A stretch of 64,000 bases of DNA, from positions 59,029-123,028 of the forward strand of contig NIVC01003051.1 of NCBI GenBank assembly GCA_002269645.1, written 5' to 3'. The position numbers and the translations under genes were made by a program. The notes under the pieces were generated by a model. That model worked only from the letters and a program-made list of their open reading frames with translations. It was not told where the DNA came from and did not search any database. Each line of letters begins with the position of its first letter. Within the stretch, counting starts at the first letter, position 1. Of the stretch, positions 54,536 through 64,000 are shown piece after piece. The stretch is from Macrostomum lignano (Eukaryota).

Positions 54536-55509
54536 CACAAACCAGAGAGGGCCGGTTTGCAATTGTGAAGTTTGAAAGGACCCGAGAGCCGGAGGTTACC
54601 GACCGCATCCCCAAACTTGAAGAATGCGTATCAGTAATCATTTATCATTCGAACTGTACAATGAGACCAAACTTTGAAAGAAGGAAAAACTGTTTAAGCC
54701 AAAAAACAGAAGCTACAGTGATGAACTCTCGGTTGTCTTGAAAATGAGCTTCCTCCAGACTCCATGTTTGAATATGTCCATGAAACAGACAGAAACAGGG
54801 GGAAAAAACCTCTTGGACAGAAATGTTTCCCAAAGGAATTAAGGCTTGAGGAAGAAGGGGACCGGCGTAGTAATCGAATCATGATACTCCCTTAGCCCCA
54901 TCAAATTCGCTTGCCTCCCCCCCCCCCACCCCCTAGAAGCAGCAAATTTACAAAGCCAGCAAGAGAGAAGAGAGATGGTGAGGAGAGAAACAAGTCGCAG
55001 AGTAATGGGCCGAGCACTTACACTCTTCAATAAGCGAAGTTTCAGCCATGCAGTCCGGGGACAGACTCAGTCATTTCTTAGACCCATGGGAGGGAGACGA
55101 AATAAAAGGGCCAGGCGATTTTACAGGCTCCACTGCAGTTTAGAAGCAGTTAAGGAGATATATATATATATATAAATATATGCATATGAAGTTTTTAAAG
55201 CAGGACGAGATGACCCCCCCGGTTGAAGACAGAACACAACAGACTGAAACAGGTGCATGGGTCGCCAACAGGTGTGCGGTCAAGATGCGAGGTGAATGTG
55301 GTGGGATCTAAAGAGAGAAGAGGAGAGAAGGATTTCGAAAAACACAAGGTAAACAAATTTGGTAAAGACGAAATGTTTGACAAAATCCAAGTTCCAATAA
55401 TATCAACCACCGAGCAAAATTAATGTTCAGGGGTACATGCAGAAAATGGTACAGAGTGGTAACTTTGGACACGAGACAAATACATAGACAGACAGACAGA
55501 CAGACAGAA

Positions 55510-55540
<31 letters not shown>

Positions 55541-55605
55541 AAGACAGATAGAAAGACAAACAGACAGACAGACAGACACAGACACAGACAGACAGACACA
55601 GACGC

Positions 55606-55638
<33 letters not shown>

Positions 55639-55705
55639 CAGACGCAGACAGACAGACAGACAGACAGACAGACACAGACACAGACAGACAGACAGACACA
55701 GACGC

Positions 55706-55738
<33 letters not shown>

Positions 55739-55745
55739 CAGACGC

Positions 55746-55792
<47 letters not shown>

Positions 55793-55821
55793 GAGACAGA
55801 CAGACAGAGAGACAGCCAGAC

Positions 55822-55878
<57 letters not shown>

Positions 55879-56618
55879 CTGACAGTCAATAGTAGCTGTG
55901 GCCTCAGCAAATTCACTATGAAACCAGTCTACAAAACATTAAAAAGCAAGCAACACATTCAGCAGGATGCACACACAGCATTCACGCACTCTGAGTCAGT
56001 TGAATTTCGCTATTCAAAAACTGACGCTCAAGCACTCAAAAACTGCAAATGCAATTTCGATTTGATGAGGAAAAGCTATTTAGCATGATAACCTAATAAA
56101 ATCTAAATAGGAAAATAGCCTATTTCAAAATACTCTTTTGAGAATTGGAGTTCAAATTAAAATCGAAAAGATGATCCACACAAAATCCAACGAATAACCA
56201 ATGCTTTATTTCACACTTATTATTTTTACATTGGAGTAGTTGAAATTTTAGCATTTTATTAACAGAGAGAGACAGCCTCTGATGAAAATTTTTACTATTT
56301 TGAGAGTCTGGAATACCACAGAAAAAGCAAGAAAAACATGTTTAGACACAAAAAAATATTAAGCGAACCTTAACCAATGAAATTACTTTAATTACTTAGT
56401 AGTTTTGCAATTTTTTTGTCATAATTAATGTCAAAAATATGTCAAAAAATTGGCAATCATTTCGAAGTGAAAAGCCATTAAATATGTTTCTTAGAAATAC
56501 GAAGTGTTCATATCTGATTTCGAATATCTCAGCTACTAAACTCAGCTAACGAATTAATGAAATGCTGTTTCTTTTTGTTGAGTGTATTTTTATCTCGACC
56601 ATTAACTACGGGATAAAT

Positions 56619-56831
56619 TGGAATCTCGGCTTGGCTCTGCTCGTGCAATTAACGCCCTTGAGAGCCAACCCCCCAAGGCGCAGTGAAGTGTACATGCCTA
56701 ACGATAAATAAAGTTAGGGCCGCTGTACACTCCTGTGTGAGTGTGTGCCTGCGCGTATGACTGCTTAGGGGAGTCGGCGGAATGGGCAGCAATGCCTCTC
56801 GCTGGTTGTGCGACAATGTCGCTTGAAGTGC
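56619..56831 (+). repeat. About 215-bp dispersed repeat, copy 2
   Basis: Homologous to 49617-49836. Confidence 0.85.
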
Positions 56832-56984
56832 TCCAGGATGTACACAGCCCCTGTCTCTAATAAAAAAGAGTTAATTATTAGTCATCATCAACACAAATGA
56901 CCGGGGCAAACTTCCGTGAAACTTTTCAGTAGCAATCTGAGTCATCCGACCCGCTTAAGGCTTGTGTCTCTTCTCAGCTATCGT

Positions 56985-58047
56985 TTCTTTCTTCTCCTCT
57001 CCCTCCCCTCTTTTCCCTCCTCTCTCCTCTCTCCTCTCTCCTCCCTCCCCTCTCCTTCCTCCTCCCTCCCCAGCTCTCCTCCCTCCCCTCTCCTCCCTCC
57101 CCTCTCCTCCCTCCCCTCTCCTCTCTCCTCTCTCCTCCCTCCCCTCTCCTCCCTCCTCCCTCCCCTCTCCTCCTCCCCTCTCCTCTCTCCTCTCTCCTCC
57201 CTCCCCTCTCCTCCCTCCTCCCTCCCCAGCTCTCCTCCCTCCCCTCTCCTCCCTCCCCTCTCCTCCCTCCCCTCTCCTCTCTCCTCTCTCCTCCCTCCCC
57301 TTTCCTCCCTCCTCTCGCCTCTCTCCTCTCTCCTCCCTCCCCTCTCCTCTCTCCTCTCTCCTGTTTCCTCTCTTCTCTCTCCTCTCTCCTCTCTCATCTC
57401 TCATTTCTCCTCTCTCCTCTCTCCTCTTTCCTCTCTTCTCTCTCCTCTCTCCTCTCTCATCTCTCCTCTCTCCTCTTTCCTCTCTCCGATCTCCTCCCTC
57501 CCCTCTCCTCTCTCCTCTCTCCTCTTTCCTCTCTTCTCTCTCCTCTCTCCTCTCTCATCTCTCCTCTCTCCTCTCTCCTCTTTCCTCTCTCCGATCTCCT
57601 CCCTCCCCTCTCCTCTCTCCTCTCTCCTGTTTCCTCTCTTCTCTCTCCTCTCTCCTCTCTCCTCTTTCCTCTCTTCTCTCTCCTCTCTCCTCTCTCATCT
57701 CTCCTCTCTCCTCTCTCCTCTTTCCTCTCTCCGATCTCCTCCCTCCCCTCTCCTCTCTCCTCTCTCCTCTTTCCTCTCTCCTCTCTCCTCCCTCCCCTCT
57801 CCTCTCTCCTCTCTCCTGTTTCCTCTCTTCTCTCTCCTCTCTCCTCTCTCATCTCTCATTTCTCCTCTCTCCTCTCTCCTCTTTCCTCTCTTCTCTCTCC
57901 TCTCTCCTCTCTCCTCTCTTTTCTCTCCTCTTTCCTCTCTCCGATCTCCTCTCTCCTCCCTCCCCTCTCCTCCCTCCCTCTCCTCCCTCCCCTTTCCTCT
58001 CCTCTTTCCCCTCCTCTCCCCTCTCATCTCCTCTCCTCTCTCTCTCT
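56985..58047. repeat. CT-rich low-complexity array
   Basis: CTCTC/CTCCC units. Confidence 0.93.
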
Positions 58048-58245
58048 GGCCCGCAGTCCATGCGCTACTCGTAAATCTGGCCCTTACATTAAAAAAATTT
58101 GCCAACTACTAGACATAAAAATATCAAGCAAATCCGTTCATATTTTTTAACGATTGAATGAACAGCAATTATTTAGAAGATCAGGAGAAAACATCATTAT
58201 CAGCATCACAAGAGTAGTTTTCTCGTGTTTTTCTTTTTCAAATAT

Positions 58246-59017
58246 TTATTTTTCCAATTCATCGCAACCTCTCGTTTGCCAAGCGTGAATGGCCGCCCCA
58301 ACCGCCTGTTGCAGAGTCTGCTTCACCAGTTGCTGCTCCTGCTCAGTAGCTGTGGGATTTTTCAATTCAACAGCGAATCCGCTCCACTTCAACGGGTAAT
58401 CATCCGGTGTAGCGGACTTCAGAGCCTCGAGCTGTCGCTGGGAAACTGGCAAAGTAGCCGAGTAGGCGCAAGTTTCCTCATCAGCATCATTAGCAGCATC
58501 ATCACCAGTCTCAGCGACCGCAGTCGGTTCAACAAGACAGACGCAGTAGACCTGACAGAAGTGATCTGGGGTCGGTTCGACCACTCCGCGGCAAATAGAC
58601 ACCGACATGGGCAGCTTGCAAGCTGAGGAATCCTCCAACTCAAACTCGCTAGCAGCCGCCGTGGCTCGAACTCGTTCAACCAGAGCTCGCAGACGCTGCT
58701 GACAAGCCAACCTGAGCGAGCTGAACCCTAGCGGAGTTGGCGCCAGACCAGTCGGCGCGTCAGTCACGGCGCCAACAACAGCCCGACCAAAACTGCGCTG
58801 GATTGCTAGCCTAGCGGCCGCTTCGTCTGTTTTATTATCAACAGCCAGAGCGACTCGACAGTCGCCGCCGGTCAGCAGCAGAGCCTGCATTCCCGCCGGG
58901 TCCAAGCTGCCAATCACAGACTCCATGCCGCCTCTGGTCTTCTCCATCGCTTTGGAGACGAAAGCGCTGGTTGATGCAGACAGCCAGCTGCCCCAGCCAC
59001 TGCTCTGATGTTGCTGC

Positions 59018-59052
<35 letters not shown>

Positions 59053-59322
59053 AGAACTTGAAGAAGAAGAAGCTACAGAGGCAACAGTCGGAGGAGAAAC
59101 AGACGCTGTTGCTTTCGGAGTTTCTGGTTGCTGTTGCTTCTGTTGTTGCTGTTGCTGTTGCTGTTGTTGCTGCTGCTGCACAAGAGTGACAGTGGGAGGA
59201 GGCGGCAGCTCGGGGCCCAGCAGAGTGGCAAAGCCTGTAGTAGTGGAAGCAGCAGTCTGGCCGCTAGCTTGAGCTTCCTCACTGCTCACTATGACCAAAT
59301 CTTCCGGTGTCTCTTCTAGCAT
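58246..59322 (-). CDS. PRRC1: PRRC1 homolog (YjjX/NTPase I-T-like domain), intronless, 358 aa with polyQ tracts
   Basis: GWGSW...FVSKAMEKTRGGMESVIGSLDPAGM...GG, FGRAVV, LAPTPLGF, ATPDDYPLKWSGFAV; follows the PRRC1 motif order. Confidence 0.85.
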
Positions 59323-59454
59323 GCTTCTTGCTTGTGCGGTTCGATTATGAATATGCGATGGATTTTTGTTTTGTGTTATGTTGTTTCCTGTTGTATCAGA
59401 AATTATTGGTTGATGTAGGAAGCTGTAGTTAATGCCATTCTTACATTCTTTTAC

Positions 59455-60040
59455 GAGACCTAAAATTCACAAAACCTAAATTTTACAAGACCTAAACTTC
59501 GTTTACAAGACCTAAACTTTATTGCAAGACCTAAACTTCATCACAAGACGAAACTTCATTAAAAAGGCCTAAACTTTATTGCAAGACCTAAACTTTATCA
59601 TAAAACCCAAGCTTCATTCACAAGGCCTAAAGTTCATTCACAAGACCTAGAATTCACCACAAGACCTAAACTTTATTGCAAGACCTAAACTTTATCATAA
59701 AACCCAAGCTTCATTCACAAGGCCTAAAGTTCATTCACAAGACCTAGAATTCACCACAAGACCTAAACTTTATTGCAAGACCTAAACTTTATCATAAAAC
59801 CCAAACTTTATTCACAAGGCCTAAACTTCATTCACAAGACCTAGAATTCATCACAAGACCAAAACTTTATCACAAGACCTAAAGTTCATTCACAAGACCT
59901 AGAATTCATCACAAGACCTAAACTTTATCACAATACCTAAAGTTAATTCACAAGACCTAGAATTCATCACAAGACCTAAACTTTATTGCAAGACCTAAAC
60001 TTTATCGCAAGATCTAAATTTTATCACAAGATCCAAACTT
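59455..60040. repeat. About 20-bp array ACAAGACCTAAACTT... with higher-order periodicity
   Basis: Direct tandem array. Confidence 0.9.
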
Positions 60041-60564
60041 CTTTTTGTAAATTTAGATCCTGCAATGAAGATTTGAGCTGATGCGCGACAATAGGGTAGG
60101 TTTTAAGAACCGTCCCTAAAATGACGTCATTAATTATGACTTTGACTAACTAACACCAGGTGTTCAGTCCCAATACCCCCCCCTATCAACTTCTATTTAT
60201 CAATATCTCGAGTTGACAAGCTAAAAAATTCATGGATTTCAAACATACTAAGAATTGGATTTTAGAAACTAACACAACAATTCTCGTTAGCAGAGATCTA
60301 GCCAACGCGTCATTAGTCTTATAAGTGAAACAAGCCACTTTCTAATGCTCCAAATTTCCAGCTAATTAGAGACTTAGATGGTTAAAAGGAAAGAATGTTT
60401 AGCGACAGCTGGTATCGCTGATGGAATTGAGTGGCTGGCAAGGAGGTCTTAAAGCATAGAAACTGGAGTGCGGCAAAATTTCTTCTCAAAAACTGTTTAT
60501 CGTGACACCATAGGGAACTTAAAACACTACAAACTGACAATTAAAAAGGTGCTGTTTAGAAAGG

Positions 60565-60845
60565 CTCATGATAGGGGGAGGGGGTTGCTGAGATGTCAAA
60601 AAAGCCTCATGGGAGAATTTCTGAGATATCAAGGCTCATGGGGGAATTGCTGAGATGTCAAGCCTCATGGGGATATTGCTGAGGTGTCAAGGCTTATGGG
60701 GAATTGCTGAGATGTCACGAGGCTCACGGGGGGAATTACTGAGATGTCGAGGCTCATGGAGAATTGCTGAGATGTCAAGGCTGATGAAGAATCGCTGCTG
60801 AGATGTCAAGGCTCATGGGGAACCCCTGATATGCTGAAATGCTGT
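60565..60845. repeat. About 28-bp array GCTGAGATGTCAAGGCTCATGGGGGAATT
   Basis: About 9 imperfect copies. Confidence 0.85.
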
Positions 60846-61501
60846 GGCTCATAGGGGTAGCTCAGATGCCACAGGGTAAACTGAAATTTGTTGGTAGGCC
60901 AAGCATCAGACTAGATTGCTAGGACAGGGACTAAAGTCGAACAAGGGCTGTTACCGCCAGCTTCAGGTTTCAAGTCTCCATGGCAGCTCGTAAAAAATCG
61001 CGACCAGGGGTGACTTCAAACAAGGAAATGATAATTGCGCGGCAACAGATACACCCCAGCCTCACCACTGGGCCTCCACCAAACCCCTATAGCCGATAAG
61101 GAGGTGATGAAGCGAATCCCACACTAGAATTGAAAGGTAAAACGAAGCCCTATTCTTAGCTAAGCAATATATAATATTGGCTAACAGAAGCCCTATACGG
61201 TGAATAATTGTTAGCAGCTGACAATTTTACGGCCGGGCCTGGGGGTGCTGACTCGGTTAAAAAAGGTGGGACAGCTGCAGATGCAGATGGAGGTTAGAGG
61301 CATTAGTCAGTGCTAACTGCTTCTAGAAACTAGGGAACTGCGAACCCTATTTTAGCTATACGATTATTATATTACTTTTGTTACTACAAGTGTATATATG
61401 CATTAATAAAAAACGAAACGGTTTATTATAGAGATTTTGTAAAACAGGTATATTGCAACGAGTTTCAACAAGTGTTTAGCCTATTCGATTTGACCTTAAA
61501 C

Positions 61502-61948
61502 CCAGCACCAGGGGCGCCAGCACCAGGGGCGCCAGCACCAGGGGCGCCAGCACCAGGGGTGCCAGCACCAGGGGCGCCAGCACCAGGGGCGCCAAAGCTA
61601 CTGTAAGAGGGCGCCAATGCTACTGCAAGGTGGCGCCAAAGCTACTGCAAGGGGGCGCCACAGCTGCTGCAAGGTGGCGCCAAAGCTACTGCAAGGAGGC
61701 GCCACAGCTGCTGCAAGGTGACGCCAAAGCTACTGCAAGGTGGCGCCAAAGCTACTGCAAGGTGGCGCCAAAGCAACTGAAAGGTGGCGCCAAAGCTACT
61801 GCAAGGTGGCGCCAAAGCTACTGCAAGGTGGAGCCAAAGCTACTGAAATGTGGCGCCAAAGCTACTGAAAGGTGGCGCCAAAGCTACTGCAAGGTGGCGC
61901 CAAAGCTACTGCAAGGTGGCGCCAAAGCTACAGCAAGGTGGCGCCAAA
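61502..61948. repeat. 15-bp GCACCAGGGGCGCCA array followed by 22-bp GGCGCCAAAGCTACTGCAAGGT array
   Basis: Direct tandem arrays. Confidence 0.92.
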
Positions 61949-63049
61949 TGGTTTTGCCAGTCAATCGAGGGGCTGGTGTGCGCGACCCTCTCCCCCTCCC
62001 CGCTGACTACAATCCCTCCTGATGAACGACACCCGAACCGGTGCCAAGATAGCGAACAGAAAGTGGTCTAAAAAACACTCCAGTAGGAATTGAAAACCAT
62101 GCCCTCAGCAACGAAACTGATAATTACCCGGTATTCTCCCGTTCTGACGGCAAGCCCGACACAATAATAATTTATGACCCAGAGCTAAGGTGAAAGAAAA
62201 TGTTTAGCTAGCCAATTAGTGGACCCCATATATAGGGCCAACCAAAGCCCAAACAGAAACAGTAGATAAGCATCAGGAGACTAAAGGCACTACTAAAAAG
62301 TTTGCTAACTTTTGGCGCAAGTTCTGCGGATGAAGAGGATCGACGCACTCGGGATTTTTACCGAGGCCCGGAAAGCCTACAGATTCGGGTTAGAGATTAA
62401 ACACATTTCTTAGAACCTACCAATCAGCGATGTGGACGAACTGGACACTGGACACTTGCGTGTCTCGTTTGTAGCAGCAACACAAACAGCATTTCCTGAG
62501 AAGCAAAAATGAAATTAAAACACGAATGCCTTTGGGCAATCCAACTCATTCAATTACGATAATTAGACGGGTGATGGAGATCAGAGAACAGCAGAGGGGA
62601 GAGGCAGTAGCTTTGCGTACCAATGATAACTTGTCAGTTAAACAGAGAAAATTGTCAAGGATATAAAGATGAGAGAGTCAAGATGAGTGTATAGGAAAAG
62701 ATACAAACGAGAGCCTTCTAAACATGAAACAGTGAAACAGTAACAGACAAAAACCAAGATTAGATAGGGAGACAGACAGGTGAAACAAAGAAAATCATTA
62801 TTCACACGAGGGCCACGTGGGGGCACCCTTCGGCGACATCGTCCCACAACCAACGCCGACGGCAATCATAGGTGTAGGAACGGGGGGGCAGTGGGGCCAT
62901 GCCCCCCCACTTTAAAAAGGGGGTCGCTAGTAATGGTATCTGGCCCTCCACATTTTAAATGCAAAATGTAGACTTTTTGCTTATTTTTTACTCTTATTTT
63001 TGGTTTTTGCTGCTTTGCATGAATGCATTTGGCTGCAAAACATAGCGCC

Positions 63050-63495
63050 TGCAGCGCTAATGAGTGGCTGCGCGCTAAAAAAGTGCCTGCGGTGCTAAAA
63101 TGAGTGCCTGCGGCGCTAAATGTGCCTGCGGCGCTAAAATGAGTGCCTGCGGCGCTAAAATGAGTGCCTGCAGCGCTAATGAGTGGCTGCGGCGCTTAAA
63201 TGAGTGCCTGCGGTGCTAAAATGAGTGCCTGCGGCGCTAAAATGAGTGCCTGCGGTGCTAAAATGAGTGCCTGCGGCGCTTAAATGTGCCTGCGGCGCTA
63301 AAATGAGTGCCTGCGGCGCTAAAATGAGTGCCTGCAGCGCTAATGAGTGGCTGCGGCGCTTAAATGAGTGCTGCGGTGCTAAAATGAGTGCTGCGGCGCT
63401 AAAATGAGTGCCTGCGGTGCTAAAATGAGTGCCTGCGGCGCTAAAATGAGTGCCTGCGGTGCGAAAATGAGTGCCTGCGGCGCTAAATGAGTGCT
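63050..63495. repeat. 21-22-bp array AAATGAGTGCCTGCGGCGCTA
   Basis: Direct tandem array. Confidence 0.93.
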
Positions 63496-64000
63496 GACAA
63501 CACCGATTCACTCACGCACTCATACACACACTCACACAAGGTGTACAGCGTTTTGACTCTTTGATATCCAACAGAATCCCGACCAATGCAAAGCATTAAT
63601 TTACGCATTCTAATCAACAGCAGAAATAATGTATGAGAAGCAAGCCATGCAGCAAAACTGGAAGCAAAGCAAAGCACTGGGGCATGCCAATAAAAACACC
63701 CCCCCCCAGCCGAAACATTGCGCTAAAACTGACACACGGAAGCAATCGCTCTGCAATGGAAAGTGAAACAAAAGCTTTAGCTAACTGAGAGAAAATACTC
63801 GTATGCAGGCGCCAAGTGTCGGTTGAATTAGTTGATTTTCAGAGAAAAAAAACTATAACCATTTTTCATTATGATTTTTCACATTTTAGGCAAAAGCATC
63901 GTCAGCAGGCTCTTAATGGTTTTTATAACTGAGCTACTCAGAGTCAATTATTTAGAATCTCAGTATAGAGACATAAATCATAGAGCAGGTCAGTAGTGAA

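Noticed and set aside
48659-58112. Gly/Trp-, Ser/Leu/Pro-, Arg/Glu- and QTDR/SVCL-repeat ORFs
   Set aside because: Translations of C-run minisatellites, GA/CT tracts and (GACA)n.
59455-60040. CRISPR-like look of ACAAGACCTAAA repeats (also the 61-bp array at 11992)
   Set aside because: Intervening bases are short and themselves repeated, there are no unique spacers or cas genes, and the context is eukaryotic.
62876-62960. CATAGGTGTAGGAAC... as a MITE left end
   Set aside because: No matching right end or TSD found in the window.

Overview
Animal (spliceosomal, repeat-rich) genomic DNA; the intron-filling minisatellites and GACA microsatellites suggest a macrostomid flatworm, but that is inference only. 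Five host genes can be reconstructed by hand: an intronless DEG/ENaC channel (28376-29997, +), a divergent type II pantothenate kinase-like gene hidden among satellite-filled introns (30469-35094+, +), a 3-exon AMPA-like glutamate receptor (46736-40654, -), COQ5 (52990-51517, -) and PRRC1 (59322-58246, -). The first 27 kb is a stack of DNA transposons: three nested MITEs (27-1140), a complete 7.9-kb CACTA/EnSpm element (11698-19620; 35-bp TIRs, TG TSD), a Crypton tyrosine recombinase split by a P-type THAP deletion derivative, and a second P-type copy carrying another MITE. The key observation is the CACTA cargo. Besides its spliced transposase it carries a frameshift-masked BEN-domain gene and a small gene, whose conserved part is absent from the ORF track, resembling the DNA end-resection factor CtIP/Ctp1/Sae2 (CxxC, RHR, PNFF motifs plus a possible N-terminal tetramerisation motif). 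Almost all long ORFs over low-complexity DNA are satellite read-through artefacts. Most frameshifts fall in homopolymer runs and may be assembly errors. All domain calls come from motif recognition by eye; no database search was run.
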